A DNA stretch of 64,000 nt from an uncultured Microthrixaceae bacterium (GTDB taxonomy: Bacteria; Actinomycetota; Acidimicrobiia; Acidimicrobiales; DATDAH01), in NCBI GenBank assembly GCA_963845425.1, contig CAWJSC010000010.1, forward strand, positions 451,968-515,967, in the 5' to 3' direction. A program made the translations under genes and the position numbers. The notes under the pieces are model-generated. The model did no database searches. It was not told the origin of the DNA and saw only the letters and a program-made list of their open reading frames with translations. Positions 11,401 to 19,874 of the stretch are shown piece by piece. Position 1 is the stretch's first letter, and every line of letters starts with the position of its first letter.

Positions 11401-13418
11401 CCGGCTTCCCTCAGCTCTCGTCGTAGGTCGTTGATCTCGTCCCGTAGGCGGGCGGCGTACTCGAAGTTCAGTTCGGTGGCGGCCTCGCCCATCTCCTCCT
11501 CCAGGGTGGCGATGAGGCGGGCCAGCTCGTCCTTGGGCAGGCCCGCCAGCTCGCTGCGCTCGCTGAGGCTCTTGCGCCGCCGACTCCGGCCGGGCGTGGG
11601 CGTCGACTCGTCGGGCCGGAGTTGGGCCAGGATGTCGGTGACCGCCTTGCGGATGGTCTTGGGGTCGATCCCGTGCTCGGCGTTGTAGGCCTGCTGGAGG
11701 CCCCGCCGGCGGTTGGTCTCCGACAGCGCCCGCTGCATGGAGTCGGTGACCTGGTCGGCGTACATGACCACCTGACCCCCGACGTTGCGGGCGGCTCGGC
11801 CGATGATCTGGATGAGGGCCGTCTCGCTGCGGAGGAAGCCCTCCTTGTCGGCGTCGAGGATGGCCACGAGGGACACCTCGGGCAGATCGAGGCCCTCCCG
11901 CAGGAGGTTGATGCCGACCAGGACGTCGAACTCGCCGAGGCGGAGAGACCGCAGCAGCTCGATGCGCTCGATGGTGTCCACCTCGCTGTGGAGGTACCGC
12001 ACCCGGACGCCCAGCTCCAGCAGGTAGTCGGTGAGGTCCTCGGCCATCTTCTTGGTCAGGGTCGTCACCAGGACCCGGTCGCCCGCCTCGGTGCGGAGGT
12101 TGATCTGCTCCAACAGGTCGTCGATCTGGCCCTTGGTGGGCTTGACGATCACCTCGGGGTCGATGAGGCCGGTGGGACGCACGATCTGCTCGACCACCCG
12201 GGCCGAGCGCTCCAGCTCCCAGGCCCCCGGCGTGGCCGACAGGAACACCACCTGGTTGATCCGCGCCATGAACTCGTCGAAGCGCAGCGGGCGGTTGTCG
12301 GCCGCGGAGGGCAGTCGGAAGCCGTGCTCGACCAGGGTCTCCTTGCGGCTCCGGTCCCCCTCGTACTGGCCGTGGAGCTGAGGGATCATCACGTGGGACT
12401 CGTCCAGGACCATCAGGAAGTCGTCCGGGAAGAAGTCCAGGAGCGTGTTCGGTGCCTCGCCCCGGGCCCGGCCGTCGATGGGGCCCGAGTAGTTCTCGAT
12501 CCCGTTGCAGAAGCCGACCTCCTGCATCATCTCCAGGTCGTAGCTGGTGCGCATGCGGAGGCGCTGGGCCTCCAGCAGCTTGCCCTGCTCCTCGAACTCC
12601 TGCAGGCGCTCCTGGAGCTCCACCTCGATGCGCTGGATGGCCAGGCGCAGGCGCTCGTCACCGGTCACGTAGTGGCTGGCGGGCAGGATCATCAACTCGT
12701 CCACCACGTCCAGCTGCTCGCCGGTGAGCGGGTCCACCAGGACGATGCGCTCGATCTCGTCGCCGAACAGCTCGATGCGGACGGCGTGCTCCTCGTAGGC
12801 GGGGTGGACTTCGAGGGTGTCGCCCCGGACCCGGAACCGGCCCCGGGTGAGGTTGAGGTCGTTGCGCTCGTAACGGATGTCCACCAGCTTCCGCAGGATC
12901 GAGCGCATGTCGTGCTCCTCGCCCACCCGGACGTAGAGGAGCTGGTCCCGGTACTCCTCGGGCGAGCCCAGGCCGTAGATGGCCGACACCGAGGCCACCA
13001 CGATGGTGTCCCGCCGGGTGAGCAGCGAGGCCGTGGTGGCGTGGCGCAGCCGCTCGATCTCGTCGTTCACCGACGAGTCCTTCTCGATGTAGGTGTCGCT
13101 CGACGGCAGGTAGGCCTCGGGCTGGTAGTAGTCGTAGTAGGAGACGAAGTACTCGACCTTGTTGTTCGGGAAGAACTCCCGGAACTCGTTGGCCAGCTGG
13201 GCCGCCAGGGACTTGTTGGGCGCCATCACCAGGGTCGGCCGCTGGGCCTGCTCGATGGTCCAGGCGATGGTGGCGCTCTTGCCGCTCCCGGTGATGCCCA
13301 GCAGGGTCTGGAAGCGCTCCCCCTGGGCCAGCCCCTCGGTCAGGCCCGCGATGGCGGCGGGCTGATCCCCGGCCGGCGCGAAGTCCGACACCATCTCGAA
13401 GCGGTCGACACGAGCCAC
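11397..13418 (-). CDS. uvrB: Excinuclease ABC subunit B
   Basis: [24 protein letters not shown]...[14 protein letters not shown]...[16 protein letters not shown]...C-terminal UVR motif [15 protein letters not shown]. The start is GTG 13418 or ATG 13394. The annotated 862-aa ORF extension is Arg/Gly junk. Confidence 0.97.
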   Translation of the reverse strand: MARVDRFEMVSDFAPAGDQPAAIAGLTEGLAQGERFQTLLGITGSGKSATIAWTIEQAQRPTLVMAPNKSLAAQLANEFREFFPNNKVEYFVSYYDYYQPEAYLPSSDTYIEKDSSVNDEIERLRHATTASLLTRRDTIVVASVSAIYGLGSPEEYRDQLLYVRVGEEHDMRSILRKLVDIRYERNDLNLTRGRFRVRGDTLEVHPAYEEHAVRIELFGDEIERIVLVDPLTGEQLDVVDELMILPASHYVTGDERLRLAIQRIEVELQERLQEFEEQGKLLEAQRLRMRTSYDLEMMQEVGFCNGIENYSGPIDGRARGEAPNTLLDFFPDDFLMVLDESHVMIPQLHGQYEGDRSRKETLVEHGFRLPSAADNRPLRFDEFMARINQVVFLSATPGAWELERSARVVEQIVRPTGLIDPEVIVKPTKGQIDDLLEQINLRTEAGDRVLVTTLTKKMAEDLTDYLLELGVRVRYLHSEVDTIERIELLRSLRLGEFDVLVGINLLREGLDLPEVSLVAILDADKEGFLRSETALIQIIGRAARNVGGQVVMYADQVTDSMQRALSETNRRRGLQQAYNAEHGIDPKTIRKAVTDILAQLRPDESTPTPGRSRRRKSLSERSELAGLPKDELARLIATLEEEMGEAATELNFEYAARLRDEINDLRRELREAG

Positions 13419-13502
13419 CGGGGAAGGGTACCGACGGGGGGTGACAGCGACCGGCGGGCCCGACGCCCTCACGGGCCGGTCGGCGCCGCCGACGGGAGCG
13501 CC

Positions 13503-15734
13503 GTGGCTCTGATCACCGGACCTGACCTCGACGCGCCGCCGGCGTCGAGGTCGGTCACCGCCCCCTCCTCGGGGCTCGGTCTGGTCGTGCTCTTCACCGT
13601 GGCCAGCTTCGTCGGCTCCACCCTGCTCTTCCTGGTGCAGCCGCTGGTGGCCAAGCTGCTCACCCCCTTGCTGGGCGGCACGCCCGACGTGTGGAACACC
13701 GCCATGGTGTTCTTCCAGGCCACCCTCCTCCTCGGCTACGGGGTCGCCCACCTCGGGGCCCGCCGGCTGCGCGGCCGCCAGATCCCGGTCCACGTGATCC
13801 TGGTGGCCGTCCCGCTGCTGGCCCTGCCGCTGGCCGTCCCCGCCGGCTGGCGCCTCCCCGACGGCACCGCCCCCGCCCTGTGGACCCTGCTCGTGCTGGC
13901 CGTCACCGTGGGCCTGCCCTTCCTCGCCCTGTCCACGGCCAGCCCGACCTTCCAGCGCTGGTTCTCCCTGAGCGGCCACCGCCACGCCGCCGACCCGTAC
14001 TTCCTCTACGCGGCAGGCAACGTGGGCAGCCTCCTGGCCCTGCTCGCCTACCCCCTGGTGCTCGAGCCCCGGCTGTCGACGTCGGACCAGAGCCGCCTGT
14101 GGAGCCTCGGCTACCTCGCCTTCGTGCTCCTGACGGGGGCGTGTGCCTGGGCTTTGCGGCGCCGTCCGGAAGCCGCCGCTGCCCTCGCGGCCGCCGAAGC
14201 GGGGCCGACCTCGCCTCCACTCGCGTCCCGTCTACGCCTCCGCCTCGTCGCTTTCGCCTTCGTCCCCAGCCTCCTGCTGTTGGGGGTGACCCGGCACCTG
14301 AGCACCGACATCGCCTCCATCCCCCTGCTCTGGGTCGTCCCGCTCGCCCTCTACCTCCTGAGCTTCGTCCTGGCCTTCGGGCGGTCCCCGGCCCGGCTCA
14401 TCGACCTCTCGGGCCGCACCGTCGCCCTCCTGGCGGTGCCCCTCGCCGCCTCGTTCGCGGCCACGTTCGACTCGGTCTGGCTGGTCCTGGCCCCCCACCT
14501 CGTCTTCTTCCTCGCCGCGGCCACGCTGGCCCACGCCCGGCTGGCCGAGCTGCGGCCGCCGGCCGACCGCCTGACCGAGTTCTACCTGTGGATCTCCCTG
14601 GGCGGGGTCCTCGGCGGCATCGCCGGCGCCCTGGTCGCCCCCGCCGTGTTCACCTCGATCCTGGAGTACCCGCTGGCCCTCGGCCTGGTCGTCGCCATGC
14701 GCCCCGCGGCCGCAGCCGTCCGCCGTCACCTCGACGCCCGGGGCGTCGCCGTGGCGGCCGCCCTGGCGATCGGCCTGGGCCTGGCCTGGCGGGCCACCGG
14801 CGCCGCGGCGACCCCCGAGGCGGCGCGCCTGCCCGTGCTCTTCCTGGCGCTGGTGGGCGCCGGCGCCTACGTGGCGCTCCGCTCGCCCCGCACCTTCGCC
14901 CTCGCCATCGGCGGGGTGCTCCTGGTCGCCGGCCTGGCCGAGCCCAACCCCACCCTGGACGCCGAGCGCACGTTCTTCGGCGTGCACCGGGTGTTCGAGG
15001 ACGACCAGGGCCGCCACGTCCTGGCCAACGGCACCACCACCCACGGCATGCAGGACCCCACCGACCCGGCCACGCCGCTGGGCTACTACCACCCGGACGG
15101 CCCCATCGGCGACCTGTTCACCAGCGGCGTCAACGCCCCACCGCGAGACGTGGCCCTGGTCGGCCTCGGCACCGGCGCCCTGGCCGCCTACGGTCGCCCC
15201 GGGGACACGTTCACCTACTACGAGATCGACCCCGCCGTGGCCCGCATCGCCTCGGATCCCGCCTACTTCAGCTACCTGGCCGACAGCGCCGCCGCCACCG
15301 ACGTCGTCCTCGGCGACGGGCGCCTGTCCCTGGAGCGCACCGACGAGGTCTACGACGTCCTCGTGCTCGACGCCTTCAGTTCCGACGCCATCCCCATCCA
15401 CCTGCTGACCGCGGAGGCCGTCGAGGACTACCTGGGCCATCTCCGGTCCGACGGGGTGCTGGCCATCCACATCTCGAACCGCTACTTCGACCTGGCCCCG
15501 GTGGTCAGCCGCCTGGCCGAGGCCTTCGGCCTCGCCGCGGTGGGTCGCCTCGATGCCCCCGCCTCCGGGGAGGTCGAGGCCGGCCACTGGTCCTCCACCT
15601 GGGTCGCCCTCGCCGCCGACCCCGCCGCCCTGTCCGGCCTCGGCGCCGAGGACGGCTGGGGCCTGTTGCCACCCGGTGAAGGCCGGCTCTGGACCGACGA
15701 CTACTCCGACCTGCTGGGCTCGTTCCGCTTCTGA
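13503..15734 (+). CDS. Fused polytopic membrane domain / spermidine-synthase-like (class I SAM-fold) protein
   Basis: This is the 3' part of ORF 11622..15734 (the 5' part is antisense to uvrB). It has more than 10 TM helices, followed by [14 protein letters not shown]...[12 protein letters not shown]...[23 protein letters not shown]...[13 protein letters not shown]. Confidence 0.8.
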   Translation: MALITGPDLDAPPASRSVTAPSSGLGLVVLFTVASFVGSTLLFLVQPLVAKLLTPLLGGTPDVWNTAMVFFQATLLLGYGVAHLGARRLRGRQIPVHVILVAVPLLALPLAVPAGWRLPDGTAPALWTLLVLAVTVGLPFLALSTASPTFQRWFSLSGHRHAADPYFLYAAGNVGSLLALLAYPLVLEPRLSTSDQSRLWSLGYLAFVLLTGACAWALRRRPEAAAALAAAEAGPTSPPLASRLRLRLVAFAFVPSLLLLGVTRHLSTDIASIPLLWVVPLALYLLSFVLAFGRSPARLIDLSGRTVALLAVPLAASFAATFDSVWLVLAPHLVFFLAAATLAHARLAELRPPADRLTEFYLWISLGGVLGGIAGALVAPAVFTSILEYPLALGLVVAMRPAAAAVRRHLDARGVAVAAALAIGLGLAWRATGAAATPEAARLPVLFLALVGAGAYVALRSPRTFALAIGGVLLVAGLAEPNPTLDAERTFFGVHRVFEDDQGRHVLANGTTTHGMQDPTDPATPLGYYHPDGPIGDLFTSGVNAPPRDVALVGLGTGALAAYGRPGDTFTYYEIDPAVARIASDPAYFSYLADSAAATDVVLGDGRLSLERTDEVYDVLVLDAFSSDAIPIHLLTAEAVEDYLGHLRSDGVLAIHISNRYFDLAPVVSRLAEAFGLAAVGRLDAPASGEVEAGHWSSTWVALAADPAALSGLGAEDGWGLLPPGEGRLWTDDYSDLLGSFRF

Positions 15735-15750
15735 GACACGGGTCTGGGCC

Positions 15751-15868
15751 GACCTGGTTCTGGCGCCTCATTGCGGCGTCCCGTGACCTCAATCGGGCGC
15801 CAGTACGACGAGACCTGGTTCTGGCGCCTCATTGCGGCGTCCCGTGACCTCAATCGGGCGCCAGTACG
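15751..15868. repeat. Perfect 57-bp direct repeat x2 with a 4-bp spacer (period 61 bp); each unit contains a stem-loop
   Basis: 15751..15807 and 15812..15868 are identical: gacctggttctggcgcctcattgcggcgtcccgtgacctcaatcgggcgccagtacg. Each unit has CTGGCGCC..ATTG / CAAT..GGCGCCAG arms (15760..15803 and 15821..15864). Confidence 0.95.
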
Positions 15869-15992
15869 GTGGCACGGCGGCTCGAATGCCCCGGATCACC
15901 CAGCGGCCCGACCGCACGCCCCCCATCCCTGCCTCGTTCTGCCGGGCGCGGGGGCCAGCCCGCCCCCGACACCCCCGGCCCGACGGGCGCCT

Positions 15993-16601
15993 TCAGTCAG
16001 CCGCCACGGGGGCTTGGGCCTGCATCCAGGGCCAGAGGGCGTCGACCTGGGCCAGGAGGTCCTCGACGGTCCCGCGGTTGTCCAGGACCCTGTCGGCCTT
16101 GGCCAGCCGGTCCTCGCGGGAGGCCTGGCGGCTGATCCGGGCCCGGGCGTCCCCCTCGGTGAACCCCCGGTGCTCGACCAGGCGGGCCACCGCCACCTCG
16201 GGGTCGAGGTCGACCACGACCAGTGCGGCCATGTCGTCCCGGCCCGACTCCACCAGCAGGGGCACGTCCAAGATCACGACGTCGTCGGTCTCGGCTGCGT
16301 CCGCCAACGCCTCGGCGATGCCGACCCCCACCGCGGGGTGGACGATGGCGTTCAGCGCCTTCAGCTCCTCGGGGTCGTTGAACACGATGGCGGCGAGCGC
16401 GGGACGATCCAGCGTCCCGTCCGCGGCGACGACGTCGGGGCCGAACCGCTCGACGATGGCGGCGAAGACTTCGGTGCCGGGCTGCTGCACGGCCCGGGTG
16501 ATGGCATCGGCGTCCACGACGCGGGCACCCAGCTCGGCCAGGCGGGCCGACACCGTCGACTTGCCCGAGCCGATGCCCCCGGTGAGGCCGATGAGGATCA
16601 C
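15993..16601 (-). CDS. coaE: Dephospho-CoA kinase
   Basis: ILIGLTGGIGSGKSTVSARLAELGARVVDADAI...IVHPAV...VLDVPLLVE. Confidence 0.93.
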   Translation of the reverse strand: MILIGLTGGIGSGKSTVSARLAELGARVVDADAITRAVQQPGTEVFAAIVERFGPDVVAADGTLDRPALAAIVFNDPEELKALNAIVHPAVGVGIAEALADAAETDDVVILDVPLLVESGRDDMAALVVVDLDPEVAVARLVEHRGFTEGDARARISRQASREDRLAKADRVLDNRGTVEDLLAQVDALWPWMQAQAPVAAD

Positions 16602-16655
16602 CCGGCCAACGTAGCGAGTGGTCCGATTGGTCTACAGATCCGTCCGCGACGGCCG

Positions 16656-18482
16656 ATGGAGACGGGTCCAAAGCACCACGAGGGGGACCGAGACGCCGCC
16701 GACATGCGCCTCAGCACCAAGACCCACAGTCGCTCCGACGACGAGGCGGCCCCGCGCCGCCGCTTCTCCCTCCTGCGCCGCACCGCGCGCCTGAACCGGG
16801 AGGGCGGGCTGCAGGACGCCCCCCTGGTGGTGGCCTCCGGCCTGGTCGACGACGTCGACCGTCTGACGGCCTTCGGCCCCGCCATCCTGGCCGTCCGCTG
16901 GGGCACTACGGTCCTGTCCGGGGCGCTGGCCGCCCCCGCCTTCATCGAGGCCGACTGGCGCACGGTGGCCTGGTTCGGCGTCCTGGTGGCCTACACGCTC
17001 CTGCGCACGGCCCAGCCCCTGAGGTACACGGGCGACACCAAGAGCCTGATCCTCGTCCTGGCCGAGCTGGTCCTGCCCATCCTGGCCGTGATCAACACGG
17101 GCTACTGGGACTCGCCGTTCGTCTTCTCGATCCTCACCGCGCTCACCATCGCCGGCTTCGCCCGCGGGTTCGGCTTCGGCCTCCGCCTGGCGGCCGTCGC
17201 CGCCCTCGCGGTGTCGCTGCCCGCGCTGGCCGAGACCGGCTATGACAACGAGTCGGTTCGCCTGGCCGCCCAGTGGGCCGCCGTGCTGCTGCTGGTCGCC
17301 ATGGTCGCCGGGTACGGCCGACGCATCTCCGGTGAGGCCGACCGCCAGCACTCGGTGGCCATCGAGCGCCTCGGCCGCCTGGCCGACGCCAACACCCTGC
17401 TCTTCTCCCTGCACCGGGTGGCCCAGACCCTGCCGGCGTCCTTCGACCTGGACGAGGTGCTGGACACCACGCTGAGCCGCCTCCGGGACCTGTTCGACAG
17501 CGACGCCCTGGCCATCATCCTGATGGACGACACCGACTCGCAGTGGCTGGTCATGCGCCGTCACGGCGTCCGCCTGCCCGACGCGATCCCCCACGAGGAG
17601 CTCCCCGCCGCCCTGCGGGAGGTCGTCGGCACCGGCGAGGTCGGCGGTGCCCCCAACCTGCTCGTCGGCGGCGGCCCCGGCCTGGCCCCCTCCATGGGCT
17701 CGGGCCTCTACGCCCCGCTGCGGGCCCGGGGCGCCATCATCGGCCTCGTCGCCATCGAGCACGGCACCCCCCACCGCTACACCCAGCGGGACGTGGAGTT
17801 GCTCACCGGCTTCGTGGAGCCCGCCGCCCTCGCCCTCGACAACGCCCGCTGGTTCGCCCGCCTGCGCACCGTCGGCGCCGACGAGGAGCGCACCCGGATC
17901 GCCCGTGACCTGCACGACCGCATCGGCCAGTCCCTGGCCTACCTGGCCTTCGAGCTGGACCGCATCGTCGACTCCGACGAGCGGGGCGACGACCTCGGAC
18001 CCTCTCTGGACCAGCTCCGCAACGACGTGCGCGGCGTGATCGGCGAGGTCCGCGACACCCTCTACGACCTGCGCACCGACGTCTCCGACGAGCAGGCCCT
18101 GGCCCCGGTGCTGGAGACCTTCGCCTCCCGGGTCGCCGAGCGCAGTGGCCTCGCCATCGAGATCCACTGCGACCGGGACATCCGCCTCCCCCTCCTCCAG
18201 GAGCGGGAGATGTGGCGCATCGCCCAGGAGGCCCTCGTCAACGTCGAGCGCCACGCCGAGGCCTCCAAGGCCCGGGTCGTGTGGCGCTGCAACGGCCGAT
18301 CCGCCGCCCTCGAGGTGCTGGACAACGGCAAGGGCTTCCCGTCCGGCACCGCCGGGCGGTTCGACTCCTACGGGATCCTCGGCATGCGCGAGCGTGCCTC
18401 CAGCATCGGTGCCACCGTCGAGGTGGCCTCCGCGTCCGGCCGGGGAACCCGGGTTCGCTGCCTCCTCCAACAGGGGAACTGA
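16656..18482 (+). CDS. Membrane-bound GAF-domain sensor histidine kinase (HisKA_3/NarX-type)
   Basis: This is the 3' part of ORF 15771..18482. It has N-terminal TM helices, a GAF-like block (DLDEVLDTTLSRLRDLF...GLVAIEH...), the H-box EERTRIARDLHDRIGQSL, and an ATPase region LVNVERHA...VLDNGKGF...GILGMRERA. The start is ATG 16656 or ATG 16704. Confidence 0.88.
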   Translation: METGPKHHEGDRDAADMRLSTKTHSRSDDEAAPRRRFSLLRRTARLNREGGLQDAPLVVASGLVDDVDRLTAFGPAILAVRWGTTVLSGALAAPAFIEADWRTVAWFGVLVAYTLLRTAQPLRYTGDTKSLILVLAELVLPILAVINTGYWDSPFVFSILTALTIAGFARGFGFGLRLAAVAALAVSLPALAETGYDNESVRLAAQWAAVLLLVAMVAGYGRRISGEADRQHSVAIERLGRLADANTLLFSLHRVAQTLPASFDLDEVLDTTLSRLRDLFDSDALAIILMDDTDSQWLVMRRHGVRLPDAIPHEELPAALREVVGTGEVGGAPNLLVGGGPGLAPSMGSGLYAPLRARGAIIGLVAIEHGTPHRYTQRDVELLTGFVEPAALALDNARWFARLRTVGADEERTRIARDLHDRIGQSLAYLAFELDRIVDSDERGDDLGPSLDQLRNDVRGVIGEVRDTLYDLRTDVSDEQALAPVLETFASRVAERSGLAIEIHCDRDIRLPLLQEREMWRIAQEALVNVERHAEASKARVVWRCNGRSAALEVLDNGKGFPSGTAGRFDSYGILGMRERASSIGATVEVASASGRGTRVRCLLQQGN

Positions 18483-18483
18483 C

Positions 18484-19191
18484 ATGTCCATGCAAACGCC
18501 CACCGAGCTCGGCCGGCCTACAGCCCCCCCGGCGCCCGGGGCCCCTGCCGTTCGCCTGATGCTGGCCGACGACCACCGGATGCTCCGTGAGGGTCTGCGG
18601 CGGTCGATGACCGAGCAGGGATTCAGCGTCGTCGGCGAGGCCGCCGACGGGGCCCAGGCGGTCGAGCTGGCCCACCGGCTGCGGCCCGACGTCGTCCTGA
18701 TGGACGTGACCATGCCCGAGCTGGACGGCGTGGGGGCGACGCGGGAGATCCGCTCGGCCCTGCCCGACGTGCGGGTGGTCATGCTGACCATGCACGCCGA
18801 CGAGGACGTGCTCGCCTCGGCCATCCGGGCCGGCGCCAGCGGCTACCTGGTCAAGGACTGCTCCACCCGGGAGATCGCCGAGGCCGTCCGCATGGCCGCC
18901 TCCGGCGAGACGATCATCTCCCCCAACCTGGCCGCCTCCATGCTCGACGAGGTCCGCAAGCTCGACGCCCCCGCCCAGACCGACGACCAGCGGGTCGTCA
19001 CCCGTCGTGAGGAGGAGGTCCTGCAGCTCATCGCCAACGGCTGCAGCACCCCCGAGGTGGCCGAGCAGCTGTACATCAGCCACAAGACGGTCAAGAACCA
19101 CCTGGCGTCCATCTACCAGAAGCTCGACGCCCGCGACCGCACCCAGGCCGTCCTCCAGGCCGTCCGCATGGGCATCGTCCACCTGGACTGA
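18484..19191 (+). CDS. NarL/LuxR-family response regulator
   Basis: ATG lies 1 nt after the kinase stop. Receiver: VRLMLADDHRMLREGL...DVVLMDVTMPELDG...GYLVKD. HTH: VTRREEEVLQLIANGCSTPEVAEQLYISHKTVKNHLASIYQKLD. Confidence 0.93.
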   Translation: MSMQTPTELGRPTAPPAPGAPAVRLMLADDHRMLREGLRRSMTEQGFSVVGEAADGAQAVELAHRLRPDVVLMDVTMPELDGVGATREIRSALPDVRVVMLTMHADEDVLASAIRAGASGYLVKDCSTREIAEAVRMAASGETIISPNLAASMLDEVRKLDAPAQTDDQRVVTRREEEVLQLIANGCSTPEVAEQLYISHKTVKNHLASIYQKLDARDRTQAVLQAVRMGIVHLD

Positions 19192-19301
19192 AACCCCACC
19201 CGGCGGATCAACGGCTAAGGGTCCTTCGTCCGTGTGCCGATGATCGCAGGGAGCACCAGTCTCCGTCTTGGGGCGGGTGCCGGGACAACCGAGGAGATCC
19301 G

Positions 19302-19490
19302 ATGACTGTGACCAGAAGCCACTCACCCCCTGGGGTGCGGGCCCGTGACGAGCGGGCGGCCAGCCTCGTCGAGTACGTGATGATGATCGCCCTGATCGCC
19401 TTCGTGTGCATCACCGCGATCACCTACTTCGGTAGCGAGAACGCCGGCAGCGTGAACGACTCCGCCAGCGAGATCGTCGTCGCCGGCTGA
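19302..19490 (+). CDS. flp: Flp/Fap-family type IVb pilin
   Basis: 62 aa. Motif DERAASLVEYVMMIALIAFVCITAITYFG (Flp motif xxxxEY plus a hydrophobic helix). GAGGAG Shine-Dalgarno sits 5 nt upstream of the ATG. Confidence 0.8.
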   Translation: MTVTRSHSPPGVRARDERAASLVEYVMMIALIAFVCITAITYFGSENAGSVNDSASEIVVAG

Positions 19491-19506
19491 GCCGGGTTTC
19501 CACTGA

Positions 19507-19538
19507 CACGGGGCGTCCCCTCCGGGGGGCGCCCCGTG
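19507..19538 (+). terminator. GC-rich hairpin 17 nt after the flp stop
   Basis: cacggggcgtcccc-tcc-ggggggcgccccgtg, a near-perfect 13-14 bp stem. Confidence 0.6.
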
Positions 19539-19698
19539 CCGCGTCCGGGGGACCGGCCTCCGGGGCGTTCGCCTTCCCGGGCGATTCGGCCTGGATCGGC
19601 CGGCAGAAACGACGCGACCACGGGGGCGTGGCGACACGCTGGAGCGGTCGGGGACACGTGAGAGCCCTGATCTCACTCCTGGTGGTCCTGCCGCCGGC

Positions 19699-19741
19699 CT
19701 CGAGGCAGTACCTGTCGGATTCCGACAGGTACTGCCTCGAG
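19699..19741. repeat. Perfect 43-bp palindrome (21-bp arms around a single central T)
   Basis: ctcgaggcagtacctgtcgga-t-tccgacaggtactgcctcgag. I verified by hand that the reverse complement is identical apart from the centre base. The element is locally GC-poor for this sequence. Confidence 0.97.
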
Positions 19742-19874
19742 AGTTCCGGGATCGGGGGCACGAGTCGGGCTTGCCCAGGGAGTGGCCACAGAGCGTGGGA
19801 TTCCGGTGCCGAGGAGGAGCCGCAGCCCGACCCGCCGCCCCATGGTTGCGATCGGTTGCGTTCCCGGAGGGGCG

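Noticed and set aside
11622-13502. The N-terminal 627 codons of the 1370-aa plus-strand ORF
   Set aside because: This stretch is antisense to uvrB and has a junk-like composition. Only the part from about 13503 onward shows TM helices and SAM-fold motifs.
15751-15868. Whether the 57-bp repeats could be a CRISPR array
   Set aside because: There are only two copies, the spacer is 4 bp, no cas genes are present in the window, and the repeat is longer than typical CRISPR repeats.
15771-16655. The 5' extension of the histidine-kinase ORF (903-aa form) and the twin ORFs starting MRRPVTSIGRQY
   Set aside because: The extension runs through the 57-bp repeats and antisense through coaE. The identical peptide starts are just a by-product of the DNA duplication.
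16632-18824. A 730-aa minus-strand ORF opposite the kinase and regulator
   Set aside because: A shadow ORF. It has a Gly/Ala/Asp/Val-rich translation with no motifs, and the opposite strand has clear HisKA_3/HATPase and receiver/LuxR domains.
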